Source: Antedon mediterranea (taxonomy: Eukaryota; Animalia; Echinodermata). Taken from it: a DNA stretch of 64,000 nt. The notes beneath the pieces were generated by a model that had not been told where the DNA came from, made no database searches, and worked only from the letters and a program-made list of their open reading frames with translations. The DNA is taken from positions 2,998,101 through 3,062,100 of the forward strand of contig NC_092677.1 of the NCBI RefSeq assembly GCF_964355755.1. Reading direction: 5' to 3'. Positions 1-13,888 of the stretch are shown here, one piece after another; within the stretch, counting starts at the first letter, position 1, and each line of letters opens with the position of its first letter. The position numbers and the translations under genes are program-made.

Positions 1-1957
1 TTTTTAAAAAACACGCACTTGTTAGTGTTAAATCATGGACAAAACACGTACGATCGTTGTCCATGTCGAGGTAAAGATGACGTCTATTACTAATAACCAT
101 ACGTTTGAAACGTCTATAGGTATAGGCCTCCTGCATGTGTTTTTGTGAAACGATCCAATGAGCTATAGATGCTCGACGCGATTATGAGATCATGTTCATT
201 CATTCTTTATTTAGCCTTTAAAATCGAAATACATTTAAAACATATATAGGTAACAAAAAAGACACGTGGAAATCTAAGGAGGCAAGGATAAGCAAAAGCA
301 ATTAAAATCGCTGTAGCTCACAGGCTTGCTTATCCATAATAATTCCGAATAAAGCACTGTTTCTATAATTTGACAGTATGATTTATATATAATTTACGTA
401 CGTCGGCGATAGGCCTACTGTAGATTTTAATTTGAATATCTTTTATTTCTTCATTTATAATAATCATTTAGGCCCTAATGTAAATAATTAAGTAAGTGCA
501 ACTCAGTGTCTCACATTCATACGCCGTTCGTAAATCTAAATGTTTAAATATCAGTGCAGATTACCTCTTTGAGAATCGTGTCCACCTTTATTATCCATAC
601 ATTATTATTCTCACATCATTGTACATAATAGTCCTACTGTAGGCCGGTAGATTGATTTATAACGGCATATTATCTATATATTTTATTAATATCCTAAAAC
701 CATACGTAATTGTTTGCATAATAAAAGACACGACAGACGTATATTCTCTATATAATATATTAATACAGTACATATAAATAGAGGAATTATTATATGCCTA
801 ATATAACATTATGCCTAATATAATATTTAAACGTGTTTAGAAATGGCCATTTTGAAAAGACACAGTCCTTCTCCGAGACCTGTGAAATACAAAAAAAAAA
901 TTAAATTAATGATTGATAATAAATACTTATTAACCAAGTAAAAATTATCCGCATAAATAATCTAGTTCCTAAAAAATATCAATTAAATCTATATAAACGA
1001 AAAATGTATATCCCGCTCTAGCATGCATCCTGTTCGATCCATACAAAATAGCGCGACCGGTTTCAAATGCGACCGATATCATCAACAAAAGTATAGCTCT
1101 AGCGGCGCGCCATACAAAATACCGGAAGTAAGTTGATTTTATCGCGACCGATTTCAAACGCGACCGATTTCATCTGACACCGAGAGGGTCGGTCTATCTA
1201 GCTAGGCCCTCTAACTCTAGGCCCACTCACTAGGCCTACATAATAACAAGTCACGTCTACACATTATAATTTTTCTATACTTATACCACCACATGATGCC
1301 ATCCGAAAGAAAGCAGCATATTCACATCTCTATCATTATGTGGCCTGAACTTACCAATTATATGATTTTATTGTTACTAGGAACGTTGAAATACAATATA
1401 TAACAGAGAAAGAGATTACGGCCGGACGTCGATTGTTTACATAAACGGATGCTGTTTACCTGGTGTAAAACACGGAAATTTGATTGGCTTGTATTCTGGT
1501 TCCCGGCCCGATTTTTTGTATTCCCTGCCCATTTTTACAATGGGTGTTACTTTTTATAATTACGCATATGAATATGTATGACACGAATACAAATTATGCT
1601 AATTGAAAATTAACTTTTACCACCAATTGGTAAAACTAGCACAATACAATAGAATAATAATTTATTATTATTTATTAGGTGCTTCAAAATCTAAATCCGG
1701 ATGATGCAATATGTAGGCTCCTACACTAGACGTTCGAATACGGTTTTTAAATCATCTGATTATTAAAACCTTGTGATGTCTGGACAACTAAGTCTAGTCA
1801 ACAGCAGCAGCACGCTGAACATCTAGATACTACAGTATAACACATCGGGCACATCTTCGGTGATTTAAAATTGATTCACTTATTGCATCATTTTAACATT
1901 TGTAGTGATAAATTTAGAAGCTAGTACTTATACAATTTGAAAAAGAACCATTAGATC

Positions 1958-4900
1958 ATGGCAGAAGATGAGGCGGTAAGTTTACGTTTTGTTTTATATT
2001 TAAATAATAAGGTTTTAGCTAGGCTACCGTCCAGCTTGTGTCACTCGACTTGCTTCTTGACTAAAATTCATCAGACATTGATTGCCTATTTGTTTATTAG
2101 GCCTAGCTAGCCCCCCCCCCCCCCCCTACGCCTAGCTAACTACACTTCCTAGGCCTACACTACATTCTTTTGTGTACTTGTTTTAAGATCAGATCATGTA
2201 TTAAACTTAAAATAATATTGATCTAGTCTACTACTACTACACTAGCCTCTAGGCTTATTTCATTATTTGTAAACTCACATTTAAATTATTTTATTTCTTT
2301 AGATATTTGACCCAAATTTGTTGAAGAAAAAGAAGAAGAAAAAGAAGTCGCCATTTGATTTAGATGCAGCTCTGGAAGGTGAACAAGCAACAAGCGAACC
2401 TGCACCAAATGATGTTCAACCAGAGGCTCCTGAACCAGTGCCGGAAGCAGCTCCAGCTGCTCAGGAAAAAGATGACAGTAAGTGATCCTTTGCCGCCGCC
2501 TACTTTGACTTGTATTTTGAAAATTACCCCAAATATAATTAAGGGTAAACCAACTTTTAACATACATTATATTTATTTTATATTGTTTCTTAATTTCAGC
2601 CGCCCTCCCAGATTTACAATTAGACATGGATGAACTGTCACTGAAGAAAAAGAAGAAAAAAAAGAAAAAACCTGTTCTATTGGAAGACATGGCAGATGCC
2701 ATTGAGGTTTGTTTACAACTAGTTTGACAAAATATGTGTGATGTGCCCAAATAGGATACCAAAATACATCACTTTTGGCACATAAAGTAGTTAGATACTG
2801 TAGTATACAGTAAACAGTGCTTTACAAAAATCACATCTATATGACAGAATTGTTTTATGTACCTCTCTCGATCCCAATATTCTTAGAACTGTGATGGGTG
2901 TGTTAAATGTCCACAGCCCTCCTTGTTCCGATATTGGATGAGTAAATTTATATATAAATGGTGTTCTTTATTTCCTTTTAATTTTGTTATTCAGGAATTA
3001 GAAGGGAACAAAGAGAATGCTCCTGAAGTGCCCACAGAAGTAACTGTTGCAGAAGATGAAAGTGTAAACATGGAATTCACAGGAAAGAAGAAAAAGGCAA
3101 AAAGGAAAGATATTTTGGAATCGGGTTTAGCTGACTCCACCGGTAAGCAAAATATTTATTATTATGTCCTTTCCATAGAGAAATTGTTTATGTAAATTAT
3201 TAGGATTAGGACAGCTTTGCCATTCTACTAAATATGTTATGTCCATAAAAAAAATTCAATTCCCCAACATACTTCCAATTTACAAAAGTATTTAAAAACA
3301 TCAAAATACCTCTGCAAATCTCCCAATAGCTGAACAACGGTATGGCTTTACATTTCGTTGTAAGACATACAGTAGCATATAGCTGATGCAATCAATTATG
3401 ATGCAATAAACAATTTGAAATTGATTGTGTTATTTCGTAGGTAACGAAAATATTATTAAGGATACAAGTGGAACAGCATGGGCAGGTACCAAAAGAGATT
3501 ACACTTATGATGAGGTAATTAGTTATTTTTTCATTTGATTACATTTTTTTTCCATACAGTTTGAAGTTACTGTTGATGTTTCTGGTTTTGTTATAACTTT
3601 GTTTTTAATGACAACAGAAATTATGATTTTGTAATCTATGATCAGTTACCTTTAACCCCATTCTACAAGTAGAATACATATATTTAAACTATTGCACTGT
3701 ATTAACCCCATGCTACAAGTAGAATACATATATTTAAACTATTGCACTGTATTAACCCCATGCTACAAGTAGAATACATATATTTAAACTATTGCACTGT
3801 ATTAACCCCATTCTATAAGTAGAATACATATATTTAAACTATTGCACTGTATTAAATCCATGCTACAAGTAGAATACATATATTTAAAATATTGCACTGT
3901 ATTAACCCCATGCTACAAGTAGAATACATATATTTAAACTATTGCACTGTATTTGTCTTTGTTGTTTAGCTTTTAACGAGAGCATTTGACATCATGAGAG
4001 CCAAGAACCCTGACATGGCTACCGGTGAAAAGAAACGATTTGTCATGAGACCGCCACAAGTCGTAAGAGTCGGCACAAAGAAAACGTCATTCGTCAACTT
4101 TTCCGATATTTGTAAAATGTAAGTTATTCAATTTACCTATTAAACAATAAAGAAATACATTTACAATAGTAGTCAATTATAGATTGACTAGTTGTGTATA
4201 ATTGTATAAGATTAAAGCTCTGTCCACACTCTCAAACTAGTTTGACAGAAAAAGGCCTATTTAAAAGGAAACTAAATTATGTACAAAAGTAATACAGGAG
4301 TTAAAAGAACATTTTCATTGTTTCTTTCCCTTCTCTTTTTTCAAACTTGGCTGTATGTTTTATTCCAGGCTTCACAGACCTCCAGAACATTTGTTAGCGT
4401 TTTTACTCGCTGAGTTGGGTACAAGCGGATCGATTGATGGACACAACCAACTTATTATTAAAGGGCGCTTCCAACAAAAGCAAATTGAAAATGTTCTCAG
4501 AAGATACATAAGTAAGTAGTTCAAAGTTCAATTTGTTTGTCCAATAGAGAGCTTTCAATTTGCGAAGACTAAAGACCAACCTAGGTCAGGTCAACTGCTG
4601 TTTTGTCGGTTGTCGTCTGGACTTAGAAACTATCAAACCTGTGTCGAGGTGAGGAGCGAGGACACGCGCCCCAATATTCCTGCATACGCACAATGAACCA
4701 ATATGACGTAGTTGGTCGTCGTCATCGCAAATTGATAGCTCCATAATATTAAAAATATACAGCAATTCCAAAAAATTAATCTGGGCAATGAATTAATCAT
4801 GTCTTGTCATTTTATTCTATTTTTTAAATGACTTGTAATTCTAAAGTCTGGCAAAACGAGTCCTGTAATGGTATTTTTTGTTCTTTCAGAGGAATATGTC

Positions 4901-5065
4901 ACCTGTCATACGTGTCGATCGTCCGATACATTTCTTCACAAAGAGAATCGTCTGTTCTTCTTGCAATGCGAGAGATGTCAATCTCGTTGCTCCGTACAAA
5001 GCATCAAATCAGGTTTCCAGGCCGTCACAGGAAAACGAGCTCAGCTTCGCGCAAAGGCAAATTAA
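1958..5065 (+). CDS. EIF2S2: Eukaryotic translation initiation factor 2 subunit beta (8 coding exons)
   Basis: GT-AG exons 1958-1975, 2303-2477, 2600-2706, 2995-3142, 3441-3514, 3970-4118, 4369-4511, 4890-5065 splice in frame. The protein has three poly-Lys boxes, [43 protein letters not shown] and the C-terminal Zn finger CHTC...CERC. Confidence 0.97.
3652..3951. repeat. 50-bp tandem minisatellite, about 6 copies, in EIF2S2 intron 5
   Basis: Unit ttaaccccatgctacaagtagaatacatatatttaaactattgcactgta repeated nearly perfectly. Confidence 0.95.
4544..4745. mobile_element. Short MITE-like element in EIF2S2 intron 7
   Basis: Imperfect terminal inverted repeats atagagagctttcaatttgcga / tcgcaaattgatagctccata. 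Confidence 0.6.
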
Positions 5066-5776
5066 TCAGATTTATTTGATTTACAACAAAATGAATTTTT
5101 ATATGTTAGTTGAATGTGTGGTATATTATCAAGCTCGTACCCAGGGGATTTAAGAGTTTGAACAAAGTGTTCTTTTTCAAACTAGGCACCAGTAGTGGAC
5201 AAGATGGTATATAGGAATAACTAGCCAGCTCAGGACGTTTTTTGGCTCCTTTGTCAAAAAAAAGTACCCCCTATAAAAATCCTAGCTTTGATTATGGACT
5301 TCTCTGAATTGCATTACACAACAGATTGTTTTACAATCATTAACATATAAACCAGTCAACAGCAAGGCTTTATTCACCTCTGTGTTAACTCAAGAATTGG
5401 TTGAAAGTCCTATGATTTCTGACATTTAAAGGTGCAGTAATCTCTTCTATCTGTTTTGTCAATTTGGAAGGGAGGGTTTTTTTTTAAATAATTTTAATTG
5501 TTAAACCTACTTTACTATGATAAAAATGCTTACTTTCAGTGAATTAAGTAAATCATCCTTGTATAAATTGTGTGAAACCAACTTTAAAAACAAATGAGTT
5601 GTCTTTTAAATAGCATAATCTTTTAAATAATCTTTGAGATTGAATATTAAGCTTGTTCACACTGTGTTCTGTCCAATTAAAGAACATTAAATGGGTTTTC
5701 ACACCGTAATACAGTATAATTGTATGATTAATAAGTATATAGAGTCATGTGTACATTGTTTAATTTCTGAGGAGAA

Positions 5777-6055
5777 TTTAATGTGTGTTCACACAGTCAT
5801 TTGTGTTTGGAATAATCTTTAATATGCGTTATACAGTCATGCGCTCATCACTCTTTAATGTGTGTTCACACGGTCATTTGTGTTTGGAATAATATTTAAT
5901 GTGTGTTCACACAGTCATGCGTTCACAAAGTCATTTGTCTTTAAAGATCACTCTTTAATGTGTGTTAGACAGTCATTTGTGTTTGGAATATTTGTTAATG
6001 TGGGTTCGCACAGTAATTTGTCTTTAAATAACACTCTTTAATGTGGGTTCACACT
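5777..6055. repeat. Degenerate tandem repeat (about 40-bp units)
   Basis: Recurrent tttaatgtgtgttcacacagtcatttgtgtttggaataat-like units. Confidence 0.8.
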
Positions 6056-6819
6056 ATCCATTTATTTTATCATTTATGGATAGCAGTACAAAATCTAAGT
6101 AATATTATTTACTACTGTATATACAACATTTGAATATATCAATTATTCTATAACATTGCATGATTCAATCACTTTGAGGGTACTCTTGTGTTTTCATCAG
6201 TGATATACCAAGTCTTTTTAGTTTATTTCTTTCAGTGGTTTTCTTTATAAATGAGTGTGTTTCCAGTAATTATATTACTTATTTCTGTGTAATTGCTATA
6301 CAGTATTCTGATCAACCAATATGTAGAAGTAACATACTGGTATAGGACGTTATTCGTTGGTAATTCTGAACAGTGCCAAAACACGCATCCGACTGAAGCA
6401 CATCCGAGATGACACAGGACAATAAAGCATGTAAGAAACTTCCAATCGACGTTGGTGAATCTGCAGAGCAGTATCGACACATATCTGACTGGACGTCAAG
6501 CGCTGGCTTGCAGCCGCACTCGTAAATGTTGACGACTGATATTCATCTGTATGCGCCGGTATCCTGCAACCACGGTGTAGGATCTGTTCGACAGCATCAG
6601 TTGAGCAGTAAACATTGAGACCTGCTGGATGTTATTGCCGTTGGTGTCACTCGGAACCGTTGTATAATATCCTATACTGAAACCTGCTCTGTAATCTCGA
6701 TATTGTACTTCCATCCAATAAAAATGAGAAGACATTTGGAAAATTGATTGATTAGCCTCCATTTTACCTGGAAAATTCAAAAGCATATGGAATTGTGAGA
6801 TACTTTACAGAGTAGCAAT

Positions 6820-7080
6820 AGTAATTACCTCCGGAAGGAGGTTATATTTACACCCCTGTATGGGTGTGGGTGCGTTTGTATTTGTGTGTGTGTCTGTAAA
6901 CAGCCTGGAGGCCACAGTTTTCGTCCGAATCTGGCCAAATTTGGCCACAATAATCAAATGACTATAATTGTAGTTAAATTTTGAAGGGTCAGGGTCAAAG
7001 ATCAAGGTCCACAAAAACCAGCGATCTCAACTGTGAGAGGCTGGATACATAACCACTACACCAAACTCTCATCCACAACT
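6820..7080 (+). mobile_element. Helentron/DINE-like non-autonomous rolling-circle element, 5' fragment
   Basis: attacctccg...ggaggttata start followed by a GT-rich microsatellite and 'ccaaatttggc'. The 7040-7090 segment resembles 48480-48530. Confidence 0.5.
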
Positions 7081-9475
7081 TTGTAGTGTGCAGTTCTAGC
7101 CTATTTACACTTTAACGTGGATAGAATGTTCATAATTATAGGCATTCCAATACAATAACACATTTTGCTATGGTTTCCTAACGTTTTACAAACGTTTCCG
7201 ATAACGTTCAATGCATGACGTTACAACAAATTTCAACATCCGATTGGCAAAATGTTTACATGAATTCGTACAATTCAATAGCTTCCAGAAAACGTTTTAA
7301 TCATGATTATCACTTTTTATTCTGACTAGATCATATTGAAATCTACTGTAATATGAAAATAAGTGACCCACGTTATTCAAATTTTAAAAATTGTAACTCA
7401 TGCGAAAGATAATTGATTGACCTAGAAAATATTGAAATCTGGGTTGGGGGGGGGGGGGGGATAGAATACGAATAAGCGAGATGCGCTCTATTTATTGTGA
7501 TGAGCTATGAAGAAAGAGACAACAATATTATATTTGGGTGGCCATACGATGAGGTCACAATGTCCGGTTAACCATATTGATGCATTGATAACTCCTCACC
7601 TTCTAGAATATATAATAAAAATAAATTTCACCGTTTCGTTTTCGTTGTAGAGAAAGATTTGGAAGATGTAAACATGAATTACGCATGCTTACAAGCTGGC
7701 GCTTTCTTCGCAATTTATTTTTCGCAGTTTTAATTTTAAACGCGCGTAACTTTCTGTTCAACATGACATTTTTTCAACAGAAAGTTAGCGCATGATACAA
7801 ATTACACTTTTGCTAATATGAGTTTCAATTTAAAATTTTATTTGGTTTTCGACCTATGTTAAATACGCGAAATTCGTAAAATCGCGCGTAAGTCACGCGG
7901 CGCAATTGTAAACGTCATGTTCAATCATCGCAACGCGTCAACAACAACAACTACCGTAAATATTCTAATTGTAACCCTGGGTTATTATTCTTCGATGGTT
8001 TTTTTGGGATGGGTTACTATTAGAAGGGGGGTTACTAACGAAGCTTTACACGAATCTAAATGTGATCGTTTTTAAATGTCGATGATATTACTCTAGTTAA
8101 CACTTTTAATTCTAGCAACTTTAATTATATAGTTATTGATGTAGTAACCTTGAAAAAGCAAAATAACTTTATCAAACTTAACTTAACAAATGCAAGGTTA
8201 TGCAAGTTTTGTTTAAAAAAGAACCTCAAATTGTAATTAACAATAACAAGCTTGAAAATGTCAGTGAAACAAAGATTCTTTTTATTGAAGCTAATAATAG
8301 ACAAATGATCTACTCGGGTATAAGCCCACACCCCAAACTTGACGTGATTTCATGTTCAAGGAGGGTGGGCTTGTACGTCAGTATGGTGGTATTATTCTCG
8401 ATGGCTCTGCTTGCTTTTAGAATTAAATCAAAATGGACACTGAAATATAAAGACGAATACAGTATAATGCTGTATAATGTATACCTCTCGGCTCTATCCA
8501 TATACACATCACAGTTGTTGACGCGAATTCATTCCTTTTGTGTTGTGTGGAGGAGCAGTTCACTTTCGGACAGTGCTACTTTCCGAATAAACCTAATCAG
8601 TATTGCATTGTTTTAAATTAAACATGAATAAAATGTAAATTAAATATCACAAAAACATTAAATATAATGTTAGCATTTTATATAAATAACCTTACCGGGC
8701 GAATACCATGATCGGAATTAACAAATCCCTTTGAATATTAGCCTACTTAGAAGGAACTATAATTGAAATGAGATTAACTAAAATTAAAACAGATGAAAAC
8801 AAACCTGAAAATGTTTTAACAAGCCAAGAAGAAACTGATTATTGAAGCGAGGCGAACTTAGCAATGTACAGTATGAGTAGGCCTATGTGCAGTTTATGAT
8901 GAGAAACACAAGCTAAAAAGAAAAAGTAGTATTATTTCGATAGAAACGTCAACCAATCATAGTTAGAATAATGCAACACGTGATCATGCATAACAAAAAC
9001 AGACAGATGGAAAAAAAAAGGAGGCAAGGATATGCTCACAGGCTTTATTTATCCTTAGACAGGCTTTATTCATCCTTAGACATCCTGTCCTGTTTCCGGT
9101 TCCCGTGGTCGTGTTGTCCTGTTTTTTTTTTCATTTTCTATGGGCTGCCTTATTCAAGCTTTGCTTTTTAGGAATGTTGCCCCTCTTATTTTAATAATTT
9201 TTACTGTTAATTTTTATTTTCTATGAAAGACAAGAGAAATAAATGTTTTTTTGATTGATTAATTTTGATTGATCCAGTAGACCTACATAAAGATAAATAA
9301 AATACACATTAACGATCCAAACATAAATAAATTCTAATTAAGTGACAAAGTATATTACTACAGTAGCAAATTATTTTTAATTTAGTAAAATTTCTGTGTT
9401 AAGGAATTTTATTTTTATAATGTTCTTTCTATTTCATAGCAAATATATTTGTATTATCAAGAACTACAGAGTCCT

Positions 9476-9632
9476 TATATTGGCCAGATATTGAAGAATG
9501 AAATATCTATTTTTATATTAGCTCAATTAAATATACATTGGTATAGGCCTATGTTATAATAAGCAAATAATGTTTATTTACAACCGTATACAAATTACAA
9601 ATTTTCTTCGCGCAAGTCCGACTTGAACTACG
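9476..9632 (+). mobile_element. Internal fragment of the MITE family present full length at 49798 and 50810
   Basis: tatattggccagatattgaagaatgaaatatcta...cttcgcgcaagtccgacttgaactacg matches about 50031-50183 and 51043-51194. Confidence 0.85.
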
Positions 9633-10447
9633 AAAAAAAGAACCCCCTTACCACCTGAAATTGTAATTAACAATAACAAACTTGCAAATGTCAGTGAAAC
9701 AAAGATTCTTTTTATTCAAGCTAATCTTAAAGAGGAACAAGGTAGTTTCTAAGAATAGTAAACGTTTACACATTCTGGCAATGTCTCTACTTGCTTAGCT
9801 GCTTTCCGAATAAACCTAATCACTATTGCAATGTTTTAAATTAAATATGAATAAAATGTAAATTAAATATCACAATAACATTAAATATAATGTTAGCATT
9901 TGTCTTGATATTATTTTATATAAATAACCTTACCGGCATTTGTGTAGTGTATGTTATATAGGCCAACATTTAAAAGTTCCGTAAAAAATTTTCCCCATTT
10001 TGGCCTATATTCGGTGACCTTTAACATCAAATCAAATAACAGCGAATTTATCAAAATAAGAAAAATGATGACAATTATTATTATTGTTATTATATTACGA
10101 TTAATAATAATTATAATAATAATATTTAATATTAATATAAATATTTAATAATAATTCTAATAAATAGGCCTGGAAGCCTTCTACTGGTTATTAATGATAT
10201 ATACTATATTAATGAATATACTAATGTAAATATTATACGCCTGTGATAACAACTATGGGTCCTCAGTACCTGATGTTGAAACACAATGGTTTGTATTGTA
10301 AACTCTTTACTATATTTTATGTTTATTTTTATATACCTTTTTAAATTATCAACTCAAACCTATGATACTGTAGGACAATTTAATACAGTACCTGTATTAC
10401 CATATGTTGATAATGATTTTTCTTTTATATTTTTGCAAATAGTTTAA

Positions 10448-11041
10448 AGGCCAGGTGCGGGCAAAAAATTTCTATTGATCATACATTCCAATAATTATCG
10501 ATCTATAGTTTCCCCTATGTTTCATAATTTTTGAGATTTTATTTGTGTTACAGGAGCTTTTTGAAAATTAGCACTTTCTTATCAGTGGGGGGATAGTTCA
10601 AATTACACAGTAAAATCTCTATTCTTTTGTACACAAATTTTGAAAATAGAGAGGCATTTTAAAAAGCTATGAAAAATAAACGGTGTGGTAAAAAATGTTA
10701 TCAGATGACTAAATATAGGTAATATAACTTGAATTTTACATTTTTGGTATTTTTATTCAACTTCAGAATTTAATTTTCATGCTATAGCAAAAATTATCCA
10801 CCGTATATCCACCATCTTTTTTCACCTTCTAGGGAGTCACCAGACATGCTGTTACATTAGGTTAACTACCTAACTACTGAAAAAAAGTCTTCCTGGTTTT
10901 TTTGGCAGAATTTTACCAAATTTTGTATTTGACCATATTAGGGGAAATTCATGGTTTTTCATCTTGATTTCTGTTACAAATATTTGATTTATGTACAATT
11001 AACCAGATATTATATTTAAAATTCATGCCTGTACCTGAGCT
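10448..11041. mobile_element. Kolobok-like non-autonomous DNA transposon
   Basis: TTAA on both sides, AG...CT ends, imperfect TIR aggccaggtgcgggca / tgcctgtacctgagct. Confidence 0.6.
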
Positions 11042-11277
11042 TTAAGAACCTGTATCCGTCATATAATGTATTGTTTTGATGTATTATGTTAATTGGATGC
11101 ACCACTTCTGTGTGTGCCATCGACAGGCCCGTAACCAGGGGGGGATCGGGGGGATCGTACGATCCCCCCCGCTGAACAGCGAGTTCCGCTTGGCCTCCCA
11201 CTTTTTTTTTGCTGGGCATACTAACACAACACGACGATTGTTCACTACAGGCCTAGTCAAGCCTTAATAAATTTAAT

Positions 11278-11322
<45 letters not shown>

Positions 11323-12081
11323 AACTAAAATATAAAAACCTAACACTAAAATTTACAAGATAAGTTCTATTTGATAACTGCTGAACATCGTGGTTCTGGA
11401 GCTAGTGAGCTGTACACAGAGCATAGTTGTTGTTTGGTTGACATAACAGGGTATTCCCCTACACAGGTCTCCGCGTGCGTGTGTGACGTGCCCAGCCAGC
11501 TGCTTGATAGAGAAAGCATGCAGCTCACACGGACGCAAGTGCAAGATGCAATGGTTGAGTGAATTCAGGAATCATCTTAATTCCATGGTTTTTTACCTAA
11601 ACACCACATGATGGTGAATATGCCTGTTAAAGTCTCAATGATACGATCCCTAATGTACCATGTTGTTGCTAGGAGGATTGAAAGGAGGAGGGATCTAGCC
11701 TAATTTCGGTCGGCAAGAGAATGCCGTCCTCTGACAATATAAGGTCGGCAATATTAAGATCGGCAATTGAAATTTGTGGGCTGGAAATTACACCAACAAT
11801 ATAGTTCATAAACAAAAGAGAATAGCCGGAAATGCGATTTGCGGCCATAGGCCTATAGAGAAAAAAATTCGAGGGTATGGTTCCAGTGGCGGATCTAGCG
11901 GGGGTGTATTTTTTTTTTAAATTAAATAGATTTTAAAAACACGTATCGTTTCGACGGTCATCAATCACCGATGGTTTGCACATTTTCATAGTGAAAATAG
12001 TACGTCGGAGCACATCGTCAGCTTGATCGCATTCCACCAAGCATGTACGTCGACATCCTTTGTGTACTATCAATCTCTAGC

Positions 12082-13181
12082 GGTCAGTCTAATTACCGAA
12101 AACAACCGAAAATAACCGAAAACAACCATAAACAACCGAAAACAACCACAAACAACCGAAAACAACCATAAACAACCAAAAACAACCATAAACAACCGAA
12201 AACGAACCGAAAACAAACCTAAAACAACATAAAATAATCTAAATACCGAAAACAAATTTGTATAATATTTTTTTAATGTCGCCCTCTATTGATGGGTGTT
12301 TCTAAATCTAAGACCATAACAGAGACAAAAAACCGCGCGCGCAAAAGCCAAGGAAGACCCTACGATGACAGTGTGCACAAAATACAACTAAAAATCGTAC
12401 AATCAATCAATTGATAACATCGCATTTACTTACAGAATCTATAAAAATATTTTAATTTTAGTCTTTCGATTTTTGATCCAGAAACCAGCGCATTACTCCT
12501 TGTTTTTGAGTTCGTGTTGTGTCCGTTGGATATTGTGCTCCGCCAACAGAGCAAACAGAATTTCTATGTTTTTCCTAAAACAAATGATAATAAATGATAC
12601 TTGACTTGACTTGACTTGACAATAATTATGAATATGTTAATCCATAGTATAGAAAGTAAATTGACTATGGTTAATCATGATCAATTTAATTATAGATTTT
12701 CAAAGATAAATTATACAAAGATACTAGGGACTATAAAGTATACTATCCTTAATCGCTTCAGTATTCACTTAAGTGACGAAACCGGGGACGAAAACGCAAA
12801 GTTAGGTAAAATCATGCTTTGTTTTTGAAAAGACTAAAAACGAAATGTGTTTATAGATTTTGTAAGTAAATGTAGTCTACGGTGTATTTCATTGAATTTG
12901 TACGATTTTTAGTTGTATTTTGTGCACACTACCATTTCGTAGGGTCTTCCATGATTTTTGCGCCTCTGTGTATGGTCTTAGCTTTAGAAACACCCATCAA
13001 TAGAGGGCGACATTAAAAAAAATATTATACAAAATTTGTTTTCGGTATTTAGATTTTTTAAATTTTGTTTTCGGTTTGTTTTCGGTTTGTTTTCGGTTGT
13101 TTACGGTTGTTTTCGGTTGTTTATGGTTGTTTTCGGTTGTTTTCGGTTATTTTCGGTTGTTTTCGGTAATTAGACTGACCC
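12082..13181. mobile_element. Foldback/MULE-like element C nested in B
   Basis: Inverted arms of about 300 bp starting ggtcagtctaattaccgaaaac, with 10-bp aaaacaaccg subrepeats. 9-bp TSD atctctagc at 12073-12081 and 13182-13190. Confidence 0.9.
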
Positions 13182-13888
13182 ATCTCTAGCGTTACCAACG
13201 ATCATTCACAGTTAAGTGTAAAAGGAGCAAGTTGATAAAAGCCATGTGGTGAGCTTGGTCGCGTTCCACTAAGCAGGCGGCATCCTTTGTGATCGTCACT
13301 CCCGTATTGTAGAGTAGCGGTAGGCCTACCTCAGACGATCAATAGAGTTGATGAAGCCACATGGTCAGTGCTACTATACTACGCGCCCATTTATTAAGTA
13401 TAAGTATTATAAAAACAAAGGCTAGGACTGTATGCCTACGAAAATTATCCCGTTAGGGCTAAATTTTATTAAAACGTATTACTATTAAAATATTAACAAT
13501 GCTGCAGCATTTCATGACCCTTGTTGTTTTATTTGCTTTCCCGTCGATGATTCTCATAAACACATCGCGATGACATCATGACAAAAGAGGTGTTTTGTTT
13601 TTTTCAAATCACTAAATATAATGTAATCGAGCCGGACCGCTAATTTTTAAACGATCGTTTAAACCAGGTCGTTGAATATGCCGTGATTTTAATTGTCAAA
13701 AACATGACCGTCAGTCGATGGCCGGCTCGGAGTTTCGATAAATCTCTCGTCGCATGTGTTGCGTGGTGAAAACACTCTCAGCAAGTTTGCTTCATTAATA
13801 TGCATGAGACTCTGTGACGACCCGCTTTAACGTGACGTCATTTTACTTTAGCTGCATGCGAAGTATAGTGACCGCGATCGACCCGGCG

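Noticed and set aside
2286-2762. 158-aa minus-strand ORF with poly-Phe
   Set aside because: Antisense shadow of the EIF2S2 poly-Lys exons.
8200-8616. 138-aa ORF
   Set aside because: Low-information sequence, partly duplicated at 9653-9937 without frame conservation, and no domain recognised.
11353-11562. Short ORFs inside element A as possible transposase remnants
   Set aside because: No hAT motif recognised in any frame I read.
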